From the human T2T-CHM13v2.0 reference genome, Homo sapiens: a stretch of DNA of 64,000 nt. The notes under the pieces are model-generated. The model did no database searches. It saw only the letters and a list, made by a program, of their open reading frames with translations, and was not told where the DNA came from. Location: NCBI RefSeq assembly GCF_009914755.1, contig NC_060930.1; one strand, 5' to 3'. The translations under genes and the position numbers were made by a program. Of the stretch, positions 1 through 16,859 are shown in pieces; position 1 is the stretch's first letter; the number at the start of each line of letters is the position of its first letter.

Positions 1-3000
1 AGTGGAGGGAAGATTTGAGCAGGGGAATCATTTAGCTAAGATAAAAGACAAATTAACTTGTCAAATGATTTCTCACAGACAAGAAGAAGGCAGTAGATTC
101 TTGTATTATAAAAGATCATTTCCCGTAATACCAAGCATACTGTTTCTTGCTTCATTTCATGTTGCAGTTTATGGTTCCAGTATTAACCACAAATCATGAT
201 GACATTCACAACAGTTGCACCTGGTGGCTGAGGGACATTTTATAGAATTAAGGTATTTATGTTACTTCTAGACATAACATGAATTGTGATACCAGCTCAA
301 CTAGCTGAAAATTGAACACGGGAATTATGAGTAGTTTGAATTGTATTAACATACACAATAAGATTTATGTAAATTTTTAAAAATTAAATAAAAACCTTAA
401 ATATTCAATTTTAAATTTTTATGTTTTATAATTTTAATAACTAATGTTGAATATTTCATGAGATAATTTTTTGAAAATGTAAAAAATAATTTTAATTTTT
501 GAATTAGTTTACATTAATTTTAATTTGCTTTTTTGATGAAATAGTATTCAAGCTTTGCATGCACTGAATATGATTACATATTGTCTTTTCATCTTTTAGA
601 ATAATTGCTACCAGTAGATCTTAAAATAGGTGAAAATATTAATAATTATTATGAAATAATCATTTTGCTAAAATGAAAGCAAGAAAAACACATTTTATGT
701 AATAAATAATAGATCAAAAATTAAACTTGTCTTTATTACTGATTTATACATTAATCATGCATCAACAGTACAACCAGACATGTGCAATAATAACTAAATT
801 CATTTGTCTTTGATATCTTGCTAGTTTTCAGCCTTATGAAACCATAGTGTTTGTTACCCATGTCTTTGGATTTTTTCATTAGGAAAGTGTATTTGGCAAG
901 GTAGGGAGATAAGACATATGTTTAATGGTATGTGAGCCTTATTTTTACCCTCCCCTGGGCCCCACTGCTGTTAAAGGAAGAACTAAACAAAGAAGACAAG
1001 AAACTTGGTCTAAACCGGAATGTTGTGTGATAATTTAAGGTGTTGATAAAAGCAGACTTTAGTCTCAGGCAAAGCCAGTGAAGAGAGAAAACTGAAGTCA
1101 GGAGTTAGCTGATGAGTGGAAGAATAAGGGAAAGTTGAGAGACTACGCTGAAAAGTTCGGATTTTGAAGCTTTGCCTGTTCTTTTGGACTGCTTGAGTTA
1201 CTCTGACTTTTTCTGTGTTTTCATGCCAATTATGCTGTTATTTTCAGTCTTTATTAGCTGGTTTATATATCACCTCATAATTCCCAATAGATATCTTTAG
1301 TGGGTTCACATGTCTGTGTGAAAATTTAGGTATGCAATAAAATCATATGTATTATGAATAAATAAATATGTGTGCTTAAATTTTTTTCTTTGAGTTCTCT
1401 AGTCTAGAAGGTATCATAAAATTGTTGTCAATTAGTTCCACTTACTCTAAATTAATTCAGAATTTTTATTCTTAACCTCTGCATGCCTGTTTTCTCATCC
1501 ATAAAGTGAGTACTATAGTGGTATTTACATCATAGGGTGGTTGTGAGAATTAAGTGTGTTAATATACGTAAACTACACAGAATATGTAAACTACATGCCT
1601 GGTCCCTACATAAATGTGTGCTTCTATTCTTACTGCCTCATCCTTCCTGTTGTCCCTATATTGCAGGTGATGGTGATGGGCTGTGAGGAAGCCAGGTACT
1701 GTGGGTGCATCTTGTCCTCAATTTTCACCATCTATGCATGCAGGCATCTATGCCGAGAAGTCTTCCTTTAAAGCTTCCACATAGTTACTACCACATCCTG
1801 TCTAAAAGACCCTTCTGGTTTCACTTTACACTTAGTTATTTTCACTTTTTTTGAGCACATAAGAAACATTCAGCTCGGAAATTCTGTGTCAGAGACATCT
1901 ATTTAAATAATGCAAATGGCACATTCTATTATTATGCTCTGCTATGCTGCAGAACTCAACAAAGCTTTCCACCTTCCACTCCACCTGGGAACTGAGGTAC
2001 AAACGCTTCAACCTTCATATCCTTCCAAATTTAAGAAGGATTTCTACCTTGTACACCTATTTCAGCACTCAGCCTGAGGAAGGGAAGCCGGCAAAGGAAT
2101 CTGGGGCTCCTCAGGGCCTTGCTAGCTCCCAGGCTCTCTTGCTTCCTCCCCATCTCCCTCCTTGCTTTCCTCTCATCCCTCTGCCCCAACCCAGGTCATC
2201 TTTATTTCCTACAGATCTTATAAAACCTGAGCTGGAGGACTGGCTCTTATGTCAGCAGACATTCTCTCAGGCCCATTGTTTATATCCCTGGGTCCCCAAA
2301 CCCAAATGCTTTGACTTCTGTAACTGAAAAACCACCACCCACCCCAGCTTTCCACCCCTAACCCCACCACCATCTCCCAATTTTCTTTGTTAGCAAACCT
2401 CCCCTAGCAACTTTTCTAATGTACTAATTTGATTGAGGAAAAGGCAAAGGAGCAAATATAAAAAAATCAATGATTTATATTTCAAAATGTTATTTTGTTC
2501 TAGTAACTCTGTGTTCTGAGGAAGAAAATTGACTTCTCATTTAGATGTGTTCATCCTTGCCTGCAATCTTTAAAAGGGTGAGAATTAGTTTTCTGTACAG
2601 AATCTATTTCACAAAAATAGTAAGTCCCTCAATCATGCATGCATGCACTCTGTGGTTCTATGGGTAATATTTCCTAACCCCTCTGCAGGGTTAAACCTAA
2701 ATAGTGGGTTACATCTGCAATCTCTTTGGCTAGAATTGTCAACATTTTATATATAGGGGATTTCTTTCCTCTAAATGTTGGCCTAAGCCATTCCCACCCC
2801 CAACCTTACCCTCCTGGAGATATTGGCATGATGCTGGCTGAATTTCTCCTTTATGAATAAGCTCTGAGGAAACTTCTTGCATAAGGGGTGAAGAGTTGGT
2901 TTTTCTATAGATAGAATCTCTTGGACCTTTGTCTAAGCTAGTACACTTCTGAAAGTGAAAGGGGACACTTAATAATTATGCCAGGACACCATGGGTGAAT

Positions 3001-3856
3001 TTGGATAGTCTCCAGCGAAGTAAGCCTTGTGGCTCTATTTAGAGTTTACAGACAGTGTAGTCTGTTTCCCAACCCAAAATTTTAGCCATCTCTACCCCCT
3101 CTACATTGTTATTGCCTAGTCTTTTGCCATCACCTGCTTAGTTCAAGAAAGTTATTAGTCAAGCTGAGGCTTGCATAGGGTTAGTGGTCTCTCTCTGGTT
3201 TGTTGAGTCCACTAACTAAGCCTGTGTTGTTTCCATTGTTTTTTGCTGTGGTTTCTTTAAGAGTCCCAGCTAAAGACAAAATGCCATTTTCATAAAGGCA
3301 AAGCAAAAGAAAGATGCTTACTCTAGACAAAATGCTTAGCAGCTCTCTGAAAAAAATTCTGTCTGCGAGACTAACCGTTTCTCTCTGGCTTTATAATGAA
3401 ATTCCAATTCCTCTTCAAAAACAAGATCTGTCTCCCAGCAGGTGCCCAGGCCACTGCTTTCTGGCAGCCCTGCAGGGTAACTTGGGCTATCTGTATTGCT
3501 GTGCCTTTGTAGATATCTGTTTCGGAAATTCAGAACTTCAAGAATGGGCTCTAAAGATAATTTTCACCCCTCCCTAAGTGTTCTCCACTGATTTAGCAAA
3601 TTGAATCTTGGCAATTTACAAGGCTCTGCTGCCTCTTGTTTCTTTCTTTACATAGACTTCTGTGCATCTACTCAGAAAATTGAAAGCATTCAGTAATTCG
3701 CTCACACTCAGTCTCATCACTGTCTACTGGTTTATCTAGAACCGTATTGACCTTGGAGTCTGCCTCCTCCCCAAGTTCTCGCCCATCTGTCACCTCAAGA
3801 TGACTTGCTGTGGTGCACATATTTGTCATGGATGAGCTCCTACACACAGTGGGTAC

Positions 3857-4411
3857 TGTCACCGATAGAGGGTCATGACTGCAGGTTGTCCAGGTTCTTG
3901 GCATTTTGAACAAAGAATTGGATAAAACGCCCAGCAAAACGAAGGAATGAAGCAACAAAAGAACGAAAGCAGGGATTTATTGAAAATGAAAGTACACTCC
4001 ACAGTGTGGAAGTGGACTCGAGCAGCAGCTTAAGGGCCTGGATACAGAATCTTCTTGGGTCCAAATCCCGCCCCCCCCCCCCCCCCCCCGCACAGAAGTT
4101 TTCCATTGGCCACTTCATGCTCACCTCATGTAACTGAAGTGGTAGCTGGCAATCAGTCTGATTGGTTGCAGACAGCTACCATTCAGAGGCTGGAGTGAAG
4201 TTACAAAGTTGCAAACAAAGACCAGACGGGCACTCAGGATAATTTGTTGCCAGTCTTCCATCTGCCACGCAGAAAAGGTCAAAGGGAGAAGCCTCTGGTC
4301 CTTTTATTACTTAGGCATGGAAAGTTAGGGTTTTCCTTTCAATTTAGTTATAGGAAGTCAGCATGAAACAGCCTTAGGTTCCCTGCCTTCAGACCCTATT
4401 CTCCTGCCTCA
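3857..4411 (-). mobile_element. ERV1 solo LTR, MER51-like
   Basis: Minus strand begins TGAGGCAGGAGAATAGGGTCTGAAGGCAGGGAACCTAAGGC (MER51 5' end); TG...CA termini; flanked by GGTAC at 3852-3856 and 4412-4416 (TSD); contains a C19 run at 4071-4089. Confidence 0.85.
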
Positions 4412-5752
4412 GGTACCATTATCAGCTCACAACACTTAGCTGTATAAGAAATATAATTTTATTTTTCTAAATTTAAACTTATTTTTAAATAGGAGTTCCA
4501 CAAAGTGGTTTCTGCCTAATCTTTTTCAATCCTAGATAAGCTCAGTTCACTTAAGGATGGTCTTCAGTTGATGAATGTGTTATATTTCATAGAGAAAATT
4601 AAACAAATATTTCCTCATCTTCTTCCACCAAACCACCAGCTTCCTGCTTCAGTGTCCACGTGCTCTGCCTTCCTCCTCCCTATTTCAATGGAAGAAATGT
4701 CTCCATGCCTGAGGCAAGTCCTCCACTGTGCTGCAGCTCTCAGACGCTTCCAACTTCTGGACGACTTTTCTGAAATGATCCACCTTTTCTTCATTTGCCC
4801 CAAGACCTTCAAGATCTCAACTTTTGTCAAAGGTTCAGGCTTCTTAAACTGAAAAACATTCGCTTTAAAACTCCTTCCTCCCATGCTCCCCATCCCCCCA
4901 CCCCCCACCCACTTTTCAGTGGTAACAATGGGTGTTTTGTCCAATTCATTCAGATCATTGTTTCCTTCTGTCTCTGTGTAGCCTCCTTTGAAGTACATGT
5001 GCTAAGACTATCCTCTTTTCCGTCCCCACTTGTTAGCCTAAGAACTTCCCCTCATACCTCTTGATTTCATGAAAATTGAATTACCTGGCTCACCACCTAT
5101 CTCTTAAACTCAGCATCATTTTCATAGCCCTCGTACCCACACAGAAGATCTATCCAACTCCCAGGACTTGCAGTTCCCTGGTGTCCCTTTCAATTACAGT
5201 GTTCTCCACCTAAACTCACCAACCTTTCTACTGGTTATTTCCCAGGTATTGACATCACCAATAACTGTACCACTCCCAGATTCTCATTCTCTAACAATCA
5301 CTTTTTTTTTTTTCCAGTTCACTACTTCCAATAGTGCTACTCCAAAAGGCTTTAACACCAGGGATTTCTAATCAATTTACTCTACCATTTCTTCCCTGTG
5401 TCCTCTCTCTCTCACTTACTCACCTTGCCAATACTTGGCTTATATGCCATGATCTATTGCTGTACTTCCTTGCATATATCATAAAGTCACTTGACCCTTT
5501 CTCTCTCCATTGTCCTCACCAAGTGAAACTCAACCCTAGCAAAATTCATCTCTCTTCCTACTCTGGGCTGCATTTGAACACTAAAAAACATGTACTTCTT
5601 TTTATTATTAATTTACATTTACGTTACATCTCATTATAATATAGTATGAACTATTATATTATAAAATATATTATAAAGTGTGAATTTTTACTTATAACCT
5701 TGATTCTTAAGTGAGAATTCAACATTTTCTACTCCTCCCAATATGTTTTGTA

Positions 5753-6049
<297 letters not shown>

Positions 6050-6097
6050 TCCTCCCAGTATGTTTCTTGAATGAATACCTTCCCAATTTCTATGAGG

Positions 6098-6626
6098 TGC
6101 TGGGTCTGACCAGCAGACCCCAGCCAAACGACAGATGAAAAAATTCACACAGACACAGGTATCCATTGAAAGAGTGGGTTAGGGGACCAGGCCACTTAAA
6201 GACATCAAGGAGGATGCTGTAAAGAGTCACAGCGGCTGCAGTCCCAACAAGCCAGTGCTGCGGGCGTTTATACAGTACAGATTTAATGACAAAGGCTTTG
6301 AGTCAACACACTTGTGGGTAATTAACATGGCCGCCCCTCCTCCGGGGATAGAGCAGTTCTGCGCTCCCCCCTTTCCCCTCCTCTCCCCAACGGGAGAGAG
6401 CAGATGATTACAGGCCAGGTTCCTGGAGACATGAGTAAACAAGCTATTCAGATAAACTCCCCTGCATTCTTTTGTACCTACTTCTCGCCCTTTGCCCTGG
6501 GGTAAGAACCACCGCCTTTGGCTCATTCTTCCCCCAAGCTTTGCAAAACCTCCTGGCCTTCCAAGAAGGTTTGCATCTTTCTATAATTTTTATAATTTTT
6601 CCCACCACCCTGATTGAACTCCTACA
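6098..6626 (-). mobile_element. ERVK-class solo LTR, LTR22-like (HML-5)
   Basis: Minus strand begins TGTAGGAGTTCAATCAGGGTGGTGGGAAAAATTATAAAAA; TG...CA termini; 6-bp TSD ATGAGG (6092-6097) / GTGAGG (6627-6632), a length typical of betaretrovirus-like ERVs. Confidence 0.75.
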
Positions 6627-6629
6627 GTG

Positions 6630-7630
6630 AGGTAACTATTTCATATTTTCCTTAACTGCTGAAATACCTTCCCCTCTTCATTCTATTAATGAAGTTGCTT
6701 CTAATTTCAATGAGAAAATAGACCCAATTAAAAAGGACTTCCTGTCGGCACCACCATGCTCACCAACATATATGCATCTGTAGCAATATAATCTGCATTC
6801 TACTCTCATCTAACCTCAAACTTCTACTTATATCCCATGTCCTCTGTTCTCTTGCTCACTGAAATGCTTTGTTCCTTCAATCCTCTCTATCTAACTACTG
6901 CCCCAATTTCTGAGTCCTTCTTTATGAAAAATTCTTTAAAGGACTTGTCGATAATACATCCCGTTTGTCTCTTCTTAGTTTCTCTTAAAGCCACTCTCCT
7001 CCAGTCTATGGAAATCACTCATCAAAGTCATCAATGACTACTACATTACCCAGTCTGAAGATCAACTCTATCTTTGTCTTTCCCAACTTCTCATCAGCAC
7101 TTGACAGGTGACCACTCACTCCTTAGAGCGCTTCTTCCTTTGGCTTCTGATACATGACACTATCCTTGTTTTCCTCTCATTTCACTGGCCTCTCTTTCTC
7201 AGTTTCCTTGTCTGGATCCTTCTATTCTTCCTGTTTTATGAAAGCTGGAGAGTTCCTAAGGCTCAGGCTTTGAATCACTTCTTTGCACTGTCCACATTCA
7301 CTCATGGGAAACTAAGGGTTAAGTGATCTATTAATAATTTGGTCCCATGGCTTTAAAGATCAATCATATCTTCTGGTTTCTCCTAAGTGTATATCTTAAC
7401 CATAAACCTCTCTTATGAACTCCAGACTGCTATATTCAAAAGTCTACCGTCTGATATCTGCCTTGAGTGTATAATAGACATCTCAAACTTATTTCCAAGA
7501 GAGAGATACTGATTTACCCCTTCCAATCCAATTTTTTCTCTTGGTCTCCACAGTATGCTAAGTGGAATTACAGTTCAATCAGTTCTCCAGCCAAAAGTCT
7601 TGTACTCTTTCTTGACACCTCACTTTTTAT
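6630..7630 (-). mobile_element. L2 LINE remnant (pyrimidine-rich strand)
   Basis: L2-like segments such as CTTCTCATCAGCACTTGACAGGTGACCACTC and GAACTCCAGACTGCTATATTC; boundaries approximate; similar pieces at about 4600-5580. Confidence 0.6.
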
Positions 7631-8043
7631 ATGTGGGACAGCATCAGATGCACTGGGGCTGAGTAGGAATCACCGAGAAGATGACTGAAGACTAAATATC
7701 GTGATACTACTATAAAGACCATAAATTCCTTTCTGGCCCTAGGCCCCTGTCCCTGTCATGTCATGCCCTGTCCTCAGATATTAGATGCAATGTCGTAGAA
7801 GAGGAGGAGGGAGTCCTTGAATTGATTTAGCAAAACATTCAAATCCCTCAATAATCACAAATTAAACAGAGTTTGCAGAAAAGTGACTGAATAGAGCTTT
7901 CTGCTACTAGATACACATGAGAAGTTGAGTCAGTAATGAAGTTCAGATAAAAACAAGACAAAGAAATACGTTACTATATGTAGGTCTGCGCTGAAAATTT
8001 GTACCCGCTAACCTTGAGGCTTCTCTCCTACTTGTGTGGATTG

Positions 8044-9203
8044 CAGGCTTTCTTTCATGATTGGCTGGTTCCTTTAGGGGAGGTGCATGCGTTCCAAGGA
8101 GTCTGTTAAGGTGCCGGAATAAAATATTAAGGTACTAAAAGAAGAAAATATTAGTATTCCCGTTACTATTTAATTTTATATAAAATGAGATAGAATTTGA
8201 TCTTTACTAAGATTTATATGTGGATTGACACTGGTCCTTTACTTAGACATGTGTCAGTCACTTTTCATAGTATCCTGAGGACAGAGTGAACAATGGACAG
8301 GGGCAGTCTCACTTTTCATCCATTTTACCTTACTGGGCTTTACTTCATTGCAATGCAATAAAGCAAATTAAGTAAATTTGTGAATTATATTATCTAGCTT
8401 TTTTTTTTTTTTTTTTTAATTAACAGAGTCTTGCTTTGTTCCCAGGCTGGAATGCTGTAGCACAATCTTGGCTCTATGCAAACTCTGCCTCCTGGGTTCA
8501 AGCAATTCTTCTGTCTCAGCCTCCCAAGTAGCTGGGATTACAGGCATGTGTCACCACATCTGGTTAATTTTTGTATTTTTAGTAGAGACAAAGTTTTGCC
8601 ATGTCGGCCAGGCTGCTCTTAAACTCCTGACCTCAGATGATCCGCCCACCTTGGCCTCCCAGTGTTATCTAGTTTTAATTAAAATGAGACTAAAAGACTG
8701 GGAGAATGTCTGTAAAACAACTGAGGATATAAGACAATGCTAATGCTATGTGTACAGTCTAACAACAAAAGATGAGTGCTGATAGGTGTTCTATTCCTAG
8801 TGCAAGTTCTTGTCAATCAAATTCTAAGGTATAAATTTGGGCCATATAAATAGTTTTAACAAAAAAAATCGCTAAGAAAGTTCATAATTATAGGATGACT
8901 TGAAATGTGAATTTATGTCCATTGTTCCTGAAGATAATCCTTACCCTAAGTATATGCTGGGCTTTGAAATTGTAGCCAACAGTATTATGAAGCCATCTAC
9001 AATTAGGAAGACAATATATAAAAATATTACTTATGTCATCTTCATCTCATTGTCTCCACATTATATTTTATATGTTTTATAATGTTCACACTATGTTAAT
9101 ATGGTAATATGTGCATATAAGTTATGAATAAATAAATATACATATATCAGGTTGTCAAACTTTTTTGATGGGGTAAAACATAAAAATTATTTAGGGACCA
9201 CTG
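8044..9203 (+). mobile_element. hAT-Charlie DNA transposon fossil interrupted by an Alu
   Basis: ORF 8900-9082 (KCEFMSIVPEDNPYPKYMLGFEIVANSIMKPS) resembles the decayed N-terminal BED finger of Charlie/Buster transposases; ends in GGACCACTG (TIR-like); start approximate. Confidence 0.55.
8399..8663 (-). mobile_element. AluS SINE, 5'-truncated
   Basis: Poly-T plus Alu body; TTATCTAG repeated on both flanks. Confidence 0.9.
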
Positions 9204-10132
9204 CTCAATAGGACAGCAATTAGCATGACTGCTTCTAAATCTTATAGTGGAAAATGGTAGAGCTACACAATGCTCTAAAGAGTTACTTAAAGAAACAAGC
9301 TCCCTTGGGACCAACATAATATTCTGTTCTCTTCTTGAGTTTTTCCTTTATGAAGTTATAAAGCAGGGCCACTAGGTTTCACATACTTAGAATGAATTCC
9401 ATGCTCTCCCATTCATTAATTTATTCAAACATACTTATGAAGCCTTTCCTTTTTGTAGAGTATGACAGTACAGAGCCTAGATGTTCCTCATGGGGGTTTC
9501 CAAATCAGGTAGCAAGAATTCTTGCCAACAATTCTAAACTGTTCTCGGTATTTGGCCACAAACTTCCCCCATAGGGTGTGTGTCAGCTATGCAAATTCAA
9601 TTACAGAAAGAGGTCTGTCATTGCTCAAGCTAAAAATCTAGACATCCAAATAAATTCTAGTTAATTTGGTTAAAAACTGATTTCCAACAAAGGGCTATTT
9701 TTCTTCCTTCTTCTTTTCTTCCTATTTTTCTCCTTTTGATGCATTAAAATAATGCTACAAATCATTACAAGCATCCAATCTTAATCAGGCTTAATCAGAG
9801 GATACAGAATTTAATAATAGCTAACATGGATTGAGTACTTGCTGTGACATTCTTCTAAGCACTTTATTTGTAGTAACTCATTTAGTCCTTACAACTACTG
9901 TTTAACTGTGACAATAATGCTTATTTTAAAATTAAACTGAGGCACAGAGAAGTTAAATTAGTTAATTTTATATATGGTGAGGAATATAAGGAGGCAGGAT
10001 TTAGCCCCTGGCAGTCTGGCCAAGCATACATGCTCTAAATAACTATGCTACAATACTACTCTAGCCCACTTATGATTCATTTGGAAATGCCATTTTTTCT
10101 TTTTTTTAAACTTTATTAAGATATAATTTACA

Positions 10133-10404
10133 GGCCGGGCACAGTGGCTCATGCCTGTAATCCCAGCACTTTGGGAGGCCAGGGGGTCAGATCACAAGGT
10201 CAGGAGTTTGAGACCAGCCTGGCCAATATGGTGAAACCCCATCTCTACTAAAAATACAAAAATTAGCCGGGTGTGGTGGCGGGTGCCTGCAGTCCTAGCT
10301 ACTCAGGAGGCTGAGGCAGGAGAATTACTTGAACCCAGGAGGCGGAGGTTGCCACTGCACTCCAGTCTGGGCGACAGAGCGAGACTCTGATTCAAAAAAA
10401 AAAA
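10133..10404 (+). mobile_element. AluS SINE
   Basis: GGCCGGGCACAGTGGCTCA... with A tail; perfect TSD AAGATATAATTTACA on both sides. Confidence 0.93.
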
Positions 10405-10930
10405 AGATATAATTTACATACCATAATTGTACCTATTTAAAGTGTACAGTTTAATAGTTTTGACCAAGGTACACACCCAAGTATTCAAAGAGTCAGTCGA
10501 GATGGAGAACATTTCCATCACTGTTAAGAAGTTCCCTCATGCCCCTTTCAAGAAATAATTGAATAATTGATACTTTAATCCTGTAAAATGTTCCTCTTTG
10601 TCCCCAGTGAGGTTCATTGTCCTGAAGTCTACTTTATCTCATAATATAACCATTCCAGCTTCCTTATCATTAGCATTTGCATGATACATTTTCTTCATCC
10701 TTTTAACATATGTGACTTTATATTTATAGTAAATTTCTTGTAGACAGCATAATTTGGGGCCTGTTGTTGTTTTTTTAAGTTCTACCATCTTGCTCTTTGA
10801 TTTCTCTTAGTCCTATCCATCTGCTCTTTGTTTTTTTTTTCCTTCTGTTCCTGCCTTCTTTTAGATTAATTGAATTTTCTTTAGCATAGTAATTTATAGC
10901 AACTTTTGGCTTATTAGCTATACTTCTTTT
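10405..10930 (-). mobile_element. Old L1M fragments
   Basis: Reverse-strand L1 3'-end motif ATAATTTACATACCATAATTGTACCTATTTAAAGTGTACAG and ORF2-like CCTGAAGTCTACTTTATCT; approximate. Confidence 0.55.
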
Positions 10931-12175
10931 CACTTGATTTTGACTATGAAAAATATGATTGGGGAGTGATTTACATTGTAAAACTAATCTTTTATAAGTG
11001 GTTCTTTTTTACAAACAGCAAATATCTTAATTTGCTGTAACATTATATTGAATTTAAATGATATTTAAATCAAACAATTTTGATATATAATAGTGGCCAA
11101 AATTGATATAATAAAAACTGCAAAATGCTAGAAATGAGAAAATGAATATATAATAGTGATATATCACTATTATAACTTAAATGAATGCTTTGCAGCTTTG
11201 TAAAAGATTAGTACATGGTTCCTCATTAACTAATCAGATTTTTATTAAAATTCATGTCAAAGCAAGATTTATGAGACTTCCAGGTTAAAGTTAGCTTTAT
11301 TTATCTGTGAACTCAAACATAACTATTTAGTTCTGTCCCTCTTCCCCAATTCTGTCTCTTAAAAGTTTAAAAATATTTTCTATCTCAAAGTTTTATTTTG
11401 GTAGAATTGTTTCGTTTGCTTTGAACTTGAATTGTGAGAGCATCTAGATAACTGCTTCCTGAGGTATGAGATAATGTTTTCCTACAAGGTGACTGTTAAC
11501 ATACACAGTGGAAGACCTCTTAACTTGTCTGATAGGGTTTCTATGAGGTTAAATTTGAAAATGAGCCAAATACTATAGAAATACCAAAGAACTCTAGGAC
11601 ATTAGACAAAGAAGAAACCTAAGAGATGATCCAGAGTAACACTGTGATTTTCAGACCATTACTTATATGCTAAAGAAGTTAGGTTATCTAAAGATATACC
11701 CTGTGTTTTGAAACTGGCCAGACTATATCATTTATGTAAAGATGCACCCTGTATTTTGAACCTGGCCAGTAATCTTTCAGAGTCAAAACAAGAAAATCTT
11801 CTCGTAATAGGATTTCAATATAGGGCAGTCAAAGATTATTATATTAATTGATCTAAGTACTAGATCCAAACAGACTTATGATTAAAAATGCTAATCCCTG
11901 GGTTGTAGAGTTTGCTTCATTTTGGTTTTGTTTTAATTATTTTGAAACCCACAGCTATCTTAAGGAGAGCAAAAGAATTGATAACACATACTTAAATGTA
12001 GAAAATAAATATGTTACCCAAAGAAGTATCAAATTTTGGAATAAATGAAGTCAAAACCTCATGGCCTCTAAATGAGAAGACTTCATAAAATAATAATTTA
12101 ATCCTTTCTGAAAAAGAAATCAATTTTAACTCAATTCTTTTCTGTTTTTCAAGTTTTGAAAAGAAGATGTTCAAA

Positions 12176-14862
<2,687 letters not shown>

Positions 14863-16859
14863 AAGATGTTCAAAGGAACTCATGAACTGTTTCATTTATG
14901 ACCCATCCCCTTTTTGTTAAAAACTGCATATCTTCCCTTGATGTTGTAAGTCAAAACGATGGCAATTTTGAACATGGCTTATGAAACTGAATACATCTTC
15001 CCTGCCCACATGCAAGACCCTTCCCTTTGGAAAGGGATGTGTGTATGTTTGTCTTTTCTACGAGTTGATGATCATTGCCTTAAAGTGTTTGCCATTGTTC
15101 AGAATCTAGACTTAATCCTGAGGATTTTGAAACATGATTTGACAGCAAAACTTGATCTTGTCTCAAACAGCAGACTCAAGCAACTAGGCTGTCAAGACTG
15201 TTGTATGCAATCAGACTTTACTAATTTGCAAGGGAAATATAATTGCAGAGTAAATGGTGTTACCAAGTCCACTGCCTAATGTAGTTTCTTCCTGCAGATA
15301 AGTAACATGAAAACATTATAATGAGAATGCCAGTTGATTGATTTTCAAAGAGAAAAATCTTCTTTTACAGGCACATGTAATGGGAAAAAAATGAGTCTCA
15401 GCTTTTTCAAAACATTTGTAACATTGCTGTGTGTTCATTTGGTATCTCAATTCTACAATGAAAAAGACTATGGGCAATCATACTTCTTATGACATTACAG
15501 GCATCTTTTTCTCTGATTGAATGTTTATTGGATTTTTTCACTTATGTTTTATATTTATTGATCTGAATTATATTTGATTCAAAATACTGCTAGAATGAGA
15601 AAGTTTAGGTCCTTTTTTCATTAACCAAATCAGCTGGCATGGCATTTTGACCTCTATCTATCTTACATAGAGAGTTTAGATAAAGATAGATCGATTTAGA
15701 TATGTATCTATATATATATAGCCTATTTTCAGCAAATGAAAGGTTTCCTCAATAATGCTTTTGTTTATTGCATATATTTTATATTCCAGTTCTTTTGATG
15801 TCATTCTTGGTAATCTGTGCCTCTTAGGCTATCTATTCTGTCTTGTCTAATATTTTTATTTTCACTATTCAAAATGTCTCTGCATTCTGAAAGTTCTCTT
15901 CAAACAATGGCATTCTATTCATTACTGTCTCCTATGTTGATCTGATTCCTTCTATTTAATTATTAATTTTCTTTAATTTTTTCATTACCTCATTTTATTT
16001 TTTAATTTTAGCCTCCCCACCTCCCTTTCATCTGGCTCATTTTTAAAATTTCAATCTGTTCTCTTCTTAGGAATCCTTGCTCCTGTGTCATAGAAGCCAC
16101 TTCTACCTACTGATATGCCAAAGAGACTTTTTTTTCTTCTTTTTGCTTTGATCATTTTCTGAGAATATACTCTTATTCTCTGTCTTCAAGATAATGTGGC
16201 CTCTACTACTTTATTGTTTTTATAGCTCTGCCCACAGATTTCATGCTGGATTTGATTATATTTTGCTTCTCTTATTCAAGCAAAGAGAAATATTTATCAA
16301 GACCTGAAATTTTGTTACAAACAACAGGAAAGGATCTTTTTTTTCTTTCCCTCAACATGCTGTCATATGGTAACTGATAGAGTTCTGCTCTCAAATATGT
16401 AGCTAGAGAATAGGTTTAGAGGATCAGCTACCAGTTTAGAAACTGCTGTGAAATGAGTTGGGATATTTTCTACACCTATTGCCTACTTCCCTGAGGCTTT
16501 TTAACATATTGTATGCATATTCATTAGTTGCTGCTTCAAGTGGTTTTTAAGTATTTGTTCAAGATGACAGCAACTTTTATGTAGGTACTACACTTCTTAG
16601 GGTACAATATGCTACATTCAGTCCTTCTCTAACTTTGAGTGGTTGAAGAAAGAAGAAAGACTGTGCAGGAAAGAAGGAACACAGCTGTAATCACCTAGAA
16701 TGTAGTGTTTCTGTTTATAATATCCAAGGAAAGATATATTGCCAGATTTCTGGTTGGCACAGACCTAGCATCCCACATCCTGGAGGCAGATGGTAGAGTA
16801 GATCAAAGACTTGCTTGTTTTATTTTAGGTCTTAAAGTCCATACAGTATTAGATGATAA

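Noticed and set aside
1-1000. Search for the LTR2 promoter of the reported chimeric FABP7 transcript
   Set aside because: No LTR2/HERV-E-like sequence recognised here; the region is AT-rich and low-complexity
7630-7820. Mixed-composition stretch after the L2, considered as a small RNA or pseudogene insert
   Set aside because: No recognisable tRNA, snRNA or snoRNA structure, poly(A) tail or TSD
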